DNA of 64,000 nucleotides, from positions 58,282,001 to 58,346,000 of the forward strand of contig NC_045707.1 of the NCBI RefSeq assembly GCF_009834535.1, given 5' to 3'. Below the pieces are notes generated by a model. It was not told the origin of the DNA, made no database searches, and was given only the letters and a program-made list of their open reading frames with translations. Both the position numbers and the translations under genes were made by a program. Shown piece by piece: positions 14,338 to 28,394 of this stretch; position 1 is the first letter of the stretch, and the number at the start of each line of letters is the position of its first letter. This stretch comes from Camelus ferus (Eukaryota).

Positions 14338-14904
14338 ACCACTTGTTTTTAATTGAGGTCCTGGGCTTGATATTGAAGGCTGCTGGCTCTTTAAATTGCT
14401 GTAGTCAGATCAACATTGAGGTGGCTTTGTGGGCCTTCAAATTATACAGAGAAACAGTATTGCTGGGATATTGCTATTTCAGGATATGGGAAGTTTTATA
14501 TAATACTAATATTGTTACTATTCGTATTGTATATGTTGTTACCAAGAACTGTGTTACTTTGTTGAAGAATTTTAGTCTTTTATCATAAGAATGCTATGTA
14601 GTTGTTTTCCCTAAGTATGGAAGAAAGGAAAATGGATTTTTACAAGCCCAAATGAGGACAGAGGAGTATTATACTCTGAAGATAACTGCAGAGAAACTGG
14701 ACTCTTTAGGCAGGAGCTAGACTTTGGTTAGTGCAGGAGGGCAGGGTAGAGAATGTTCTTTGAAAAGGTGAGGACGTCAGACATTTGTTATGTAGGGTAT
14801 ATTAAAGCCCACACAGTAACTTTTATATATGGTCTTTTGATGAAAATACAGTCACTTAATGTTACATTAAGTTCAGTCCTAGTGGCATTTCGTTTTATAC
14901 TCAG

Positions 14905-15460
14905 AGCAAAAGATTCCCAAACTTTCTCAATTTACCACACCCTTAGTGTGTTAGTAATTTCTTCATGATGACCTTAGAGCTAACAAATTATACCAAACAA
15001 TTCCATTTACTTAGTGGTTATGTCCAAACAGCTTAAGTATTTGTCCTAACAACTTGAATGAACAATGCATATGAATTATTTAACTTTCTTCTTTGAAGAA
15101 ATATTTTTATTTTATTCTTGATTAACTAAAATTTTTTTCTAATGGATATGTATATCTCATAGAATGTGACTTCTTAAAACTTGGAATCAGATTGGAACTT
15201 CTATTCTCATTTCCTATTCCATATTTATTTTATTTTATTTTTGGCTGGGTACGATTTTTTTAACCTTCCTTTTTTTAATTACAGAGACTTAGTTTTGCGA
15301 AGATGCAAGTGCTTTAAAGGAATGCAGCAGGGTCTAATTTTGAAGTTGAGCTACCTTGAGCAGGTGGCTTATATAGTGTTCCACAGATGTCAAATATTGT
15401 TAATTTCCCCTGGAGGAGCCTGTGAGTTCACTGTACCGTGGTGCACTGTTTAGGAACCAT
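14905..15460. mobile_element. MER119-like hAT-Charlie element
   Basis: Termini 'ttcccaaactttctcaatttaccacacccttagtgt' and 'gcactgtttaggaacca' form imperfect inverted ends. Internal 'gtccaaacagcttaagtatttgtcctaacaactt'. Confidence 0.55.
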
Positions 15461-17553
15461 CATCCTTATTTAAGAATTGTTACGGATAGAATGTGTTAAC
15501 TCAAATCTATTTGAAATCTAAGAGAATTTAAAATCCTAGTTTTAATTTAAACATCAAATAAGTTGTCTTTTCTTTACCTTGGGTTTTTAGTCTTTAAAGG
15601 GAAATATATTTTTACGAACAAAATAACAAAAATACAAAGTTTCCTCTCTTTGCTCACAGACTTTTTAAAAGTGAATCATTGATGTAAGTAAAAGTTGTTT
15701 TTTGAAACTTTCTGGAGGGCACTGTTGCAATACCTGTTACTTGATAAAGGGAATAGGAAAACAACCAAGGCATGGAGAAATGGAATTTTTGTTACCTAGC
15801 GTCCTATTTACATCTTCTATTTAAGTGATTTGGCCAATAGAAGATGTGTTCTGAGTATTGAAGGAAGGTATGTAAATGAATACTTCATGCTTGTAATTGT
15901 TAGGTATATAATTTGATCTGAACTATGTAGTGAGAAAGGCATATTATTATCATTCTTTAAAAGCCTTTGAAAAGTAGGCTACAAAAGAGCATTTTTCAGT
16001 AAATATCAGAGTTAAGACAAAATGAACTTATCATTTACTGTAGACATTTTGTTTTCTCATAGACGTCTTGTTCAGTTCTGACATATGAGATCAAGAACTT
16101 TGGATCCTTTTAAAATAAACTAAAACTCAATGATACAGGATTTTGGCAATTTAAACAAATCTTAAATTTCAATTACAAAGAAAAGAAACCACATAATAAG
16201 CACATTTGTGTGGAGGGAATGCTTTTCATTCTAAATAATAAATAACTATTGTGTGTTAATGTTCATTGATTCAGATGTGTCAAATTAGTGTTATTATCTT
16301 ACCATTTGCTTTCAGACTAAATAGTCTAAATTTATAGAGAAGCATGGACACAAATCAAATAATAGACCAGAAATATTCCACCTCTCTATTATTTAGTCCA
16401 GTGCCATCTTTCATGTGGTTAAGACCCAATGAAACATTTTAATATTGCTTTCTTTTGGCTGTGTACATTCTGATATCCTTTGACAGTTGAAAATAGCAGG
16501 TAACCATTTAAGAATATTTCTTTTTGCATAGCTGTAGCTTAACTCTGTGCTTCCACTTTTCCCTTTATAGATTTGCAGCCACAAAGATGATAAATTCTAA
16601 ATGAGTTGGCTACTCTCTGGGTGGTTTCTGAATATCTAGGACTTAGAGTAGGTATTATATGTAAATACTGTGTTTTGTGAAGGCTTTTTAGGGGAGGAAG
16701 GAGGTAAAAAATTTTGTAAAAATTTCTTGTTGAAACTGCAGAATCAGCTGGCTTCAGAAGCCAGCTTTTGAACTAGTAGACACCCTGGCAGTTATATAGG
16801 CCCATAAGATCTGAAAAGTCTTTTAAACTGTGTCTGTTTCTGCTTTCAGATAGTATTTGAATACTCATTCAGGGGGCTGGACATTTTGTTCATAAGATTT
16901 TCTTGCTTTCTACTTTTATGAGCTGTGACATGAAGCTAAGAACCAGCCAGAGTCTGTTAGACCTAAAACTTGCTGTATCTTTCTGCCTTCTTTGAACATT
17001 AAGTATTTTGGTTCAAGGAATCTGCAGAGTACAAAACTAAAAGCAGGTAAGATTTGAGTGCTATACCCTAAATTGATAATTATCTCACTTAATTCTTCCT
17101 TCTCTCCCTCTACTCTTCATTCCTCTGATACTGTTGAGCAGCTACTATATGCCAGGCACTTTGTGAGGTGCTAGTGAGTCAAAGGTAAATAGTGGTTCTT
17201 ATTCTTAAGTAATGTGGGAATAATGTGCAATAGTTGCCTGAAAGCAAGATCTGCCTTTGTAATATAAAATGTGAATTGATTGTAGTATAAAAATATAGCA
17301 AAAACCAAAAATAAGGACACTTTCTTGAGCCTTCAAAAACAATTTTTAAAAATCCCATGGAGTAATTTATTTTAGTCTCAAATGAAGAGCTATTCTGTCT
17401 TTGTTTATTTATTTATTTTTTTTTTTTTGAATTGTTAATCCTAATGTAGAAATGGCTTCTATTGAATACTGCTAGCTCAATAGTAGCTTGCTATAACAGA
17501 TATGATGTTTTGTATTGCAGGAATGGGTTTCACTAAGATCAGCTATTATATGT

Positions 17554-17915
17554 TGCTATCTACTGAATTTTGTACACCTCTCCCAAATTCATACTTTGAA
17601 GCTCTAATGCCCAATATAACTGTATTTGGAGATAGGACCTGTAAGGAAATATTTAAGGTTAAATGGATCGTAAGAGTGAGGCGTCCTTAGAAGAAGAGGG
17701 AGAGACCTCAGGGATGCACGTGCAGAGAAAAGGCCATATAAGGGCACAGTGAGAAGGCAGCATCTGCAGGACAGGGAGAGAGGCCTCAGTAAAAACCAAA
17801 CCTGCTGATACCTTGATCTTGCACTTGGATCCTCCAGAATTATGAGAAAATAAACTGTTGTTTAAGCTACCCAGTCTGTGGTGTTTTATTGTGGCAGCCC
17901 CAACAAACTAGTACA
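17554..17915 (+). mobile_element. MaLR solo LTR (MLT1B/MLT1A-like)
   Basis: TG…CA ends. 'caaattcatactttgaagctctaatgcccaat…gtatttggagatagg…aaacctgctgataccttgatctt…aaataaa…gtttaagctacccagtctgtgg…aactagtaca'. Confidence 0.8.
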
Positions 17916-18404
17916 CATGCCCTCACCAATTTTTCATATAACCTTGACGTTCTCTACAAACAGAACTTACACTCAGATTTTTAATTTCTTCCAAATATGT
18001 AGATTCCCAGGATGATAAAGCAGATTTGAAGAAATGCTAATTTTCTTTTACATGGCCTCATCTGTTAAGCAACCATATATTGGAAGTGCCCTTGATAAGT
18101 AGTAAGTGTAGTTCATTGATTAGTTATACTTTGCTCCACTTTTTATTTAAGGATATGTTTTAAAATAATGGCATGTTATAGTTTGGCACATTTTTTTTCC
18201 TCAGGACACACAAAATAATGGTGTGTGTTCAATCAATGACATCCTTAAATTCAATGAAATGTATTTTTCCTTTTATCCACTCCCCACCCCAAATTCTCCC
18301 TTGTAGTAAGTATCTCAGATAATCTGTAAGTATTTATGATTTCTTAAAATGCTGATAAACATTGTATAAAATATCTGCTGTATTTGAAACCTAGGCACCA
18401 CAGA

Positions 18405-18630
18405 ATGGTAAATACGGCCTAGTGGTTAAGCGCGTAGGCCCTGCAGCCAGACTGCCTGCTTCTAAATCACGGCTCCATCACTTGTTAGCTTGTGCTTACC
18501 TGGTCCCAATTTGTAAAATACAGATAATGATAGTGCCTATTTCATAGAGTTGTGTGGGTTAAAAGAGTTATGCTCTGAAAAGTACTTGGAACACTGTCTG
18601 GTGGATAGTTGCTGTATAGTTTTAGTGTTG
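18405..18630 (+). mobile_element. MIR SINE
   Basis: 'gcctagtggttaagcgc…gccagactgcctg…tgtaaaatacagataatgatagtgcctatttcatagagttgtg'. Weaker MIR fragments lie near 1750-2340, 12440-12590, 20960-21290, 27830-28120 and 62300-62440. Confidence 0.7.
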
Positions 18631-21495
18631 CTATTGTATTTGAGTTAACATGAGTTGTGTTCTCTCTGTAAATGTTTTAAAAAATGTTCGTTAACTACCT
18701 CTGTATAATCAATAGAAGCTGAGAATTAATTAAGGGCATAAATAGAGCTTAATGTTATTTAATGAAAGTTAAAGTAAAATTAACCCATTGTTTAATGATG
18801 GGTGTTATATTGGTAATTAGACAAAATTGAGATTAAATGTTTTGTTCTCTTTTTACTTTCTTTATCTAGTCATTGCCAGTACAATTTAGTTATTCCCCCT
18901 AACTTCAGACTCTTAGATGCATATACACATATACTCATAAGCACTCATCCAAGATCCCTACTTATCAAACCATTCCAGGATTGAGTTTCTTTAAGCTGTA
19001 CCCCTGTACTCCCAGCTAATCAGTTCTCTCCTAGTTCCTTTCTCTTCATGCCCGAGATGTGGGTATCCAAAGTATTAAAGAGCTTGGGAAGACAGAATCT
19101 CTCGGTCATACAGGTTGGATTGCTTCCTTGGATTACTTTATGATTGCAGGCCTGGATAAGGGAAGGAGGTACAGCAAATAGGACTGAGTCCTTGAGTCCT
19201 GGGGCCAAGGGATGGGTGAGACATGGAAGATTGAGGATGAAGGGAGTGCTAAGGAAAGATCCTTGATGTATGGGGAGCATGCTAAACTCAAGTAGATGAA
19301 TTAATTTACTTGTTAAGTTGTTCATTTATTTACTGTTCAGGTGCCTGTAGTGTGCCAGCCTCTGTGCTAAGTGCTAGCTTATATTCAGGATCAATTTTAT
19401 TTTGATTTATATAGACAAAACTTTTTATTTTTTGTGAGAGGAACTGTTCTTAAAACTGAAAATATATGTTAGTATGAATGATTTATTTCATAAGTTTAAA
19501 TTAAATTACTTTCAGATTGACTCTATGGAGGAGGGAAGGAGGTACACAGGGGACGAGGAAAGTTAAACAGAAATGTAAAGCTTCTTGAGAGGGGCTGGAC
19601 AGATGTTTCTAAGGGCAAAAGAGGACTGAGATGAATAAATTTTACACGCACAAGACCAAAAGGGGAGGTCCTCTGTAGGACCTCTACAGAGCTTTATGCT
19701 GTGCATGTGGACACCTTAGCAAAACTATGACTCTCCACCTATTCTTCTCTAGGATCCCTTTTCTTATAATCTTCCCTTATTTAGTAATTTCTTTTTATTA
19801 GTACTGACCATTGGTGATGTTCATTATTGAAAATTCTGGCAGAGGAGACAGAGAAGCTGTTTGGTAGTTTTGTTTCTCTAAGCATGAAAGAGATTCCAGG
19901 ATAATTGCTCAGTTCCAAAGGATTCAGTGCTATCATTCCTTTTGTTCAAGTATGTATACAAATTATTCTGTCAGTGTGTTTATCCAAATATTTCTGAATT
20001 CTTGGAAAAAGCATATTGCGTTGGAGAGATCGCAATATGTGGGTGATTGCCTTCTGTTTTATAATCTTATCTCTCCCTTCCCAGAATCTCAATAGGTGAT
20101 TTGACTGTAGGAAATTCTGAGTGTGTTTATAAATAAACATTCCCACAAGAACGAGTAAGATAACTTATTTTAAAAGTTTCAAAAGGGCTTCTGGCTATAA
20201 TGCTTTTAGACTTCATTTCAGACCCTCTAAATTATTAATCACTGCTTTTCATTCTTTGGGAGGAGGAATTTGAGACTGAGAGTGATCCATGTTCATTATG
20301 TGAGATAGGGAAGTTTTGCTGGTTCGGTGCTGAAGAAACAGGGCTTTACTACATTTATATAGTGTTTCTTTAAGCATACTGTGTATGAGAGTTCTTGAAA
20401 ATCCTGTGTTTCTCATTAGAATCTATAATGAAATTGACTGTGATAAAATGGGAAGTAGTTAACAGAAGTTATTTCTGTGTACAGGAGAATTTTTCTAACT
20501 ATTTTTAAGCAGAAGGAATGTTTTTGAATAAAAGTGAATAAATTTGCTGTTAAAATGGTTTAAAAATTTTATAGGACAGTCTTAGGAAATATTAAATTAG
20601 AGAATTTGCATTTGTACTTAAGTTCCCATTATGTAGATATTACTGACAAGAGACCTAAGGATCCAGAACCAATACTGGATGAGGTCTCTGCCTTTGGGAA
20701 CCTTAAAACCTAAGTAAGTAGATAGGATTTGCAACATGAAAGAAGGGAACAATGCTATACAGTACGTAATCAAGAACTAAAACTAATTAAAAATTGATAA
20801 TTCATAATCTATTTTTACATTTGAAATAATCAGACAAGGTTTCGGTCAATAAATATTCAATAAATGCGAAGTGTCTACTATGTGAGAGAATTGGATACTT
20901 GTGTGAATTAGCATGGAGGAGAAAGTGATTCCAGTGGAAACAGCATTGACCAAAGAAATCTATACTAGTACCTAACTGTGAGGATTCAATGATATAATCC
21001 TAATAAAGTATTAGAATAATGCCTAGTGCATCGTAAATGTCCAGTAAAAGTTAGCTATTGCTGTTATTATTAGCATGTTTACATGTACATCTGAGTGTTC
21101 TTTGATGGGAGTTATAGTAATGATAAAACATTTACTAAGTTGCTTTTTGCATCACTGTTCTTAGCTTTTTGCATATGTTATTTCCTTTAATCTTTACAAT
21201 TTTACGGGACATAATTATTGATGTTATCCCCATTTACAGATGGAAAAAAAACTGAAGCATAGAGCAGATAAGTATGTTGCCCAAACATCTTAAGAAGTTC
21301 AAGAATTAACATAGGATTAGATTGAGTCATTGGGTGTAGCTGAAGAAAGGCAGTGAGTATTAGATTGTTTAAATCTGATAATAGTTGAAAGCCAAATATA
21401 GCTATGTTAGGTTATTTGTTTTCTTTGATTATACATTTCTTCTCTAGGAGTATAAGCAATAATTTGTGGGCTACTGAGCTTAAAGTATGATGTTT

Positions 21496-22032
21496 ATAGC
21501 CAAGATATGGAAACAACCTAAATGTCCATCAACAGATGACTGGATAAAGAAGTTATGGTATATTTATACAATGGAATACTACTCAGCCATAAAAAACAAT
21601 AAAATAATGCCATTTGCAGCAACAAGCAACATGGATGGACCTGGAGATTGTCATTCTAAGTGAAGTAAGCCAGAAAGAGAAAGAAAAATACCATATATGT
21701 GGAATCTAAAAAACAAACAAACAAACAAAAAGGCAAACTTACTTACAAAACAGAAATAGACTCACAGACATAGAAAACAAACTTATGGTTACCAGGCGGG
21801 GAAGGAGGTGGAAAGGGATAAATGGGGAGTTTGAGATTTGCAGATACTAACTACTGTATATAAAATAGATAAACAGCAAGTTCTTACAGAATAGCACAGG
21901 GAACTATATTCAATATCTTGTAGTAACTTATGAAAAAGAATATGAAAACAAATGTATGTATGTTCATGTATGACTGAAGCATTATGCTGTACACCAGAAA
22001 TTGACACATTGTAAACTGACTATACTTCAAAA
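21496..22032 (+). mobile_element. 5'-truncated LINE-1 (end of ORF2 plus 3' UTR)
   Basis: 'atagccaagatatggaaacaacctaaatgtccatcaacagatgactggataaagaag…gtaaactgactatacttcaaaa' aligns by eye with 55565-56105. Confidence 0.9.
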
Positions 22033-22040
22033 TATATATA

Positions 22041-22063
22041 ACACACAAACACACACACACACA
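22041..22063. repeat. Imperfect (CA)n microsatellite at the L1 tail
   Basis: acacacaaacacacacacacaca. Confidence 0.85.
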
Positions 22064-23429
22064 AAAGTGTGTTTATTTTTCCAACTTCAGCACTATACTT
22101 ATTTAAAAGCTATCATTGATACATTTAAGAAAGAATATATTTTACATATTTGTCTCCTTGGTAGTTCCTTCTGAGGATAGTCTTTTTCCCTACACTAGTG
22201 GCTAGTTTGTTTCCCTAGCATTGTTTGTGTGACTCATGTTGAGGAATTTTTATGTTATAAATACCCAAGCCCAGTACTCTCAATTGCTAAGCATTAAAAC
22301 AAGCATTAAAACAGGTTGAGACCTGAGTTGTAGATAATAAAAAAAGTGTTTAATATAAAACTGTGGAAAGAATTTTCACCTAAAATTTATATGATCCTGG
22401 AATCTTTCTTACTAAGTTCAGTAACTTAAAAGAAAAAAAAAAATCCAGTGGGGGAAAGTCAGATGTTGATGGAAAATGATAATAACAAAAGTTGTTATAT
22501 TCAAGGATAATTGCACAATTAATGAGTTACCTGTTTGAACAGTTAAGGAATATGGGGAGACCCTCCTCCTTACTCATTCCAAAAATAATTAGACAACTTG
22601 CTGAAAATATTTATGAATAAGTTTCTGTAGTAGAATTGGACTCATAGCAGTAATAAGCTTTAAATTAGTAACAGCTGATATTACACATTGGTCCCACTTT
22701 GAAGTCTTTAAGGTTTTCCTTTTAAGCTAGATCCTCAGCTTGTCTGGAAATCTTTTTTGTATTTTTATTTCACTCACTTTTGTATTTCTACAAATAGCTT
22801 TTTAAAATTTTTAATCCATCTATATGCACTAACTTATCCTAAACCTTTACCCATGTTTGTCAGCAGAGGTTACACAGTTACTTCTCAGAGAAACTAGAGA
22901 AGCCTCTCTCAGAGCACTCTCAATTTTTGCCTGTTATCATCCAGTTTATCTGCATTTAGAGCCATCTTGAGAGCTTCCCCTGCAGTTTTAGTAGAAAAGG
23001 TTTATTTTAGCCTTTGATCTCTACCTTGGTCCTTCCCTTCCTCTTGTATATCCCACAAATATTTCAAATGCTCAACACCAAACTCCTCATCATTTCTCCT
23101 CTTTTTAAATTATCTGCGTGCAAGAATGATACCATGAACTAGGAGTCATCTTGTTACTGCTACTTCACTGCTTTTGGCTCTTTCCAGTGCAGTCAGATTC
23201 CACTTGTTTGCCGTGTCTGTCCACGATGCATATCTACTTGCATTTTCTTAGCTCTGAGTCACTGCACAACCCTAATATGTGGGTACTGCTGATCCCATTT
23301 TACAAGATCACACAGCTAATTAATATTATCAGTAGTTTTCTCCAAATACATTAATTCAAATGTATTTAAATAATTATTCTACCAGGAGAATATGTTTTCT
23401 GGTAGTGGTCAAGAGTTTTAAAAATGAAT

Positions 23430-24600
23430 AATAATGAAGGAAATGGCTAGATACTACCAGATAGTATTAACTTTTAATGATGAAACTAATATGATTTGGC
23501 TTTTAACATAGGTAGATCAATGGAACAGAATAGAAAGCTAAACCATAGTCATGTGTAAAAATATATAATAAAGATAGCAGTTTTGAATTGGTGGTGAGGA
23601 GATAGGAGTTGCTCAGAGCTCCTAGGTATGAAACCTAGAGGGGATGCTGAACTCCTCCCAGAACATTGCTCATACAACCTACTGCCAGTGTTGCGGTTCT
23701 GGGTTATTCCATGTCTGTGCCTAGAACAATTGCTTTTCATTTAAAAAAAAAAAAAATCATTAGATTCCAAACTCACTCACTATACAAGAAATTAAACCTG
23801 AGTTAACAAAGTTTAAAAATGAGATGGTAAAATTAGAAAATATATATATTAATTAGATCTTAAAGTGGGAAAAACATTAACATAAAATCACAGGGAGAAA
23901 ATTTCAAAAGGAAAACAGAATTAAACAGAATTGAAAAGTGTGCTAGAAAAAAATTGACAATGTATGCCAGATAAAGATTACTATCTTATTATATGAAGAG
24001 CTTTTGGAAATACTAAGAAAATGAATAAACCAGTATTAAAATCGAGAGAAGATATCGGTGAAGAAAGTGAAGATACATAAAGTAATACATATTGCCGATG
24101 AAAAGAGAACACACTCATCCTGCTAACTAGAGTTCAGTGAAACCATTATTTGTCTAATATGTTTGGAGAGAGTTTAAAAAAATAACAGTAAGGATGAGAC
24201 AACCTTAACTTTCTTGAAGGAAAAATTGGCAGCATGTTTAAAGAACTGCAAAAATTAGAAGTAGGCACAAAAATTTATTTGAAAGGCAGTTTAGCCTATA
24301 TGTCCCACAACATAGAGCTGGTCAAACAAATCATGCTGTATTCATAATTCATAATAATACCATGCAGCTACTAATATTTTTGTTGAAAATGAAGAGATGA
24401 GCTAAGTAGATCTCAGAATAAGATGCCTACAATTAATCTGGATTTTAAAAGGAAGAAGTTCTACTACAATAATTTGTACCAAACTGATGACAGTTTGGTT
24501 TATTTTATTTTAAGATAAAGGGTGATTTTAAATTTCTTCTTTTCTCTACTTTAAAATTTTTCTTGTAATGTACATTAATTTTGCAGTTAGGAAAAATATC
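23430..24600 (+). mobile_element. Highly decayed old L1 (L1ME-like) ORF2/3' region
   Basis: 'gatcaatggaacagaatagaaagc' (DQWNRIE motif of ORF2) followed by A-rich L1-like text. Confidence 0.5.
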
Positions 24601-27600
24601 ATCTTCTGTTTAAATAAAAAGTACCCAACTATAGTTTTTAAGTTATTATTATTTATTGAGTTTGCGGAAAATGAGAATGCTGCTTCTCTAATCATGAATA
24701 TTGCTGTTCAGAGAACTTGACACTACTATCCCCTGAGATCTGATGGGATCCCAGCACAAGGTAGTGTGGTTGGATCATCCGTGGCTGAGTCATATCTGAT
24801 AGTATTGGTGTAGAATTTTAATGGCAGGAAAGGTACTTTAAAACTGTGGAAGAATGAAATTCTGCTTTCGTTTCCTGGTTTTTGGAGAGTTACATGTTCA
24901 GATTCTTTACAAATCAGTTTTCTTTTTTGTGTGAAATGCTACCCTTGGTGCAAACTCAGCTTTTAAATTCATAAAATCAAGTATGTTACCAAGTTAGAAA
25001 GCATAACTAATTCAGTAAGATCAATGAAACTGATTGCTAATTTACAAAGTTAATCAGGGTATTTAATAATTAGTCTTGGAAATTCATACATTTTAAGTCA
25101 TTCCGTTTAGTCCCCAAACTTTCTAGCTTAGGACTGTGTGTGTAGGTGTAGCAATTTTCAATCATTGTAGGTGTAGCATCTATGTGGCTTTTTAGCTACC
25201 TGATGAGAAGAGAGCAGTCATTTATTTTGCTCAGTTCTTTTCACATAGGGATTCTTATTAATTTGATCTTACTTCAGTTTTTGTTATGTTGGAAAGTTTC
25301 TTTTGTTTAACCATTTTAAATAAACCTCTTGGCTTGGGAGCAGAGAGGGAAGGTAAGGAAAAGCTAGGCAGAGGGTGAGTGATGACAGAGTGGTATATGC
25401 TAGATAAAGGACTAATGGAGGATGAAAAAGGGTATTACCAGAGAGGGAAGCAGATAAGAAAGCAGCAGCACTGATAGGATTGGCATGGTGTCTCTGAAGA
25501 ACACGAGTAGAATCTATCTTAACTCCCCTAATACCTTTCCTGGACAGAGTAACTTGCATTTTGGAGAGCACAGGCACTTATCCCCTTTCATGGTTTGTAA
25601 CTGTGTGATCCCAAATACAGACTTTTTTCCTTTTCATAGAGCTATATATAATTTTTTCTTTTCCCTTAAAGCTTTGCTAAGATTGCTTAATTGATTTTCT
25701 TTTAAATGGGAAGGGAAATCAGCATACTTCTAGAGCCACATTTATATGATTTATTGTACATAGATACAATTAAACTTACTTGGCTTTTGAAATTTCATTT
25801 TATTCTGTTATAATTCTGTTCCTCATTCTGATTTATATGAAGAAAGTGTTGCATTATTCCCTAGTGTTAGAGTTTTATAGAGAAGTAATTATACTTTAAA
25901 AAAATTTATTGAAAAACTAAAACACCTAAGGAATTTGTGTGGATTCTTTATATTAAGATCAGATGTGCATAGATTACATAGGCTGAGGCATTTGGAAAGA
26001 AGAACGTGATAGTACATTTTTTGGGAGGAATTCTGAAAATTAAGGAAACTAGTATTTTTTAATGGTTTTTGTGAACTAGTGTCAATGGTGTTTGAAGATG
26101 AATGAATTATCATTTGTAAGACCCTTCACTTAAGAGAACAAATGTGAAAAAAGAGAAAGGAATGTGAAGCAATCTCTAGTGAGCTCTTCCAAGAATTAGA
26201 TAGCATACTACACAGTTTATTCTGTCAGATTATAAAAGTGTCAAAACTTACCTTAAGCATTTGTTTTTCTGAATTAATTTTAACAGTTTTTAATGTATTT
26301 GAAATATTTTTTTAAAATTGTATTTTCTTGTTTGGTTCAGTGTGCATAGTTTGAGGTAAATAATAGTTGTGATGATTGTCTGTTGTGCTTAGGTATACCC
26401 CTAGTGTCCAAGAATTCTTATTAACAAAAGTAAAAAGTCCCATGGAATATGCTCTTCTCTGTATATTAAAAGCATTTTAAAATATTTTAATAAAAATTGT
26501 GTTTAAAGTAGGCAAATGGTATGTTGGTTGCTTTTTTGGATTCCTGAATTTTGTGGAATTCTGCTTTATGAAATTGATAGGGAAAAGCTACCATGAAATG
26601 GATCCTTTTTAGCTATTTCAGTCTATGAACTTACTAAATGTTTGATATATTAAAGAACATTTTTTGGACTGATAAAAGTGTGCTTTATTAGTAAGTCAAA
26701 TACCATGAATAGTTTTGCTGTTAGTGACATTTTCCAAAATGTTGAGCAACTTTTTAAAAATAAGATTACTAACAAACAACATATTATATTCCCTGGATTT
26801 AAAAGGTAGTTGTCTTCCTGGAAAAATCAATACATATTTTAAAACCCTGGAACCTTCATCTCCCCATTCCCCTGTAAAATGTTTTTAGGCTCGAATGGTT
26901 ATAAATAGATTTTTCATCTGCATGACTGTTCAGTATTACATTCTGTATTTGAATGGGATGTGGGTCATTTCTTTCTTAGAGGGGCTAATTTTTCAGATGC
27001 AAAATATCCATTCCATGCTTCTCATCCATAAACAAGTAATATTTCTTAGTCATCAATATGACCAAAAAATGCCTCCACTAAATTCCATGCCTTGTAACAG
27101 GGAATGGTATTGACTGAATGAGAATCATTGGCCTAGAGCATTGTGGCCAGAGGAGATACTTGCTCCAGAGAGATAGTCAGAGAAGAATAATCCTCCCACC
27201 AGGCCCGAAGGCATGAAAGAACTTCAAAAACAAATAACTCCCAGTTGAGTGAGCTACAGGGTAAAGGGCTTTTTCCAGGAGCCAGCTAGGTTTCATTCTG
27301 CAGCTGAGGAGAACAAAATGTTAATCAGCAGGAATTCCAGAGGACACAAAGGAATGGAAGGGAGAGGAGGGACTCTGGGTTGGATCAGATTAGGGAACAT
27401 ACAGAGCAATATGGAAATAAGAGTTTGTACAGTAATGAGTGAGACCTGGGGAGGTTTGGTCTGCTGTCAGTGACTGAAATAAACATGGAAATGAGACCTG
27501 GAATTCCTAGAAGTCCCTTTAAAATGGAAAAAAAGATAAAAATGCCATTATACACAAAGTAAATGCACCTTTATATATCTATCATCCAGCTACAATAGTA

Positions 27601-28394
27601 GTCAACTCATAGCCACTCTTTTTTCCTGTAACTTTGAGTAATTCTGTGTTTTGCAAAGTGACCCAGGACACTCACAGATAATCTGAAACCAAAGTTTCAC
27701 AGACAAGTACTCACTGATAACTTTCTGTTCTGTTCCTTCTCTTTTTCTTCATAAAAACTTTGGGTTGCAAAGCACTAAATGGATTTTGTGAATGATAAAT
27801 AGGTTACACCTGGTCCTTAGAAAATGGAGTTTTGGGTTTGTAGTTAGACTGCTTGGGTTGGAGTTCTGACAGTGTCCCTCAACAACTTCGTGTCCTTAAG
27901 CCTGTTACTTAATTCTAATCCTCACGTTCCTCTTATATAAAGTAGTACACACCTCCTAAGGTTTTTGTGAAAATTACCTGTATTTGAAATACTAGATGTT
28001 AATGCTTAACCATGCTCTACCCACCTAGAAAATATTCAGTTACTAGCAGATGCTGTTACTACTTTAAGTGACCAACCTGGGATTTGAATCTAGGTCTCTC
28101 TGATTCTAAAATTTTAGTTCTTGTCTTGTAATTTTTAATCTAACATATAATTTATAGACAATTATAACATTTAAAAAAGAAAATCTAGAGATAATGTTTA
28201 TTTTTCTTTGTTAGTCATAGTTTTTTCCACTCTACATCAAATTGCAGACATTTCCCATTTTTTGAAAACAGTTTTCAAGTAATATTCCATCGTTTCATTC
28301 TCTAGAGGCAGAAATGTTATGCTACATAGGAAAGATACTTATGAAGTTCTAGTTATTTAGTCAATGTGCAGTTAAATTTTATTGCTATTTAAAA

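Noticed and set aside
16746..16770. Rho-independent terminator (hairpin followed by T's)
   Set aside because: The context is a eukaryotic Pol II intron, so the concept does not apply.
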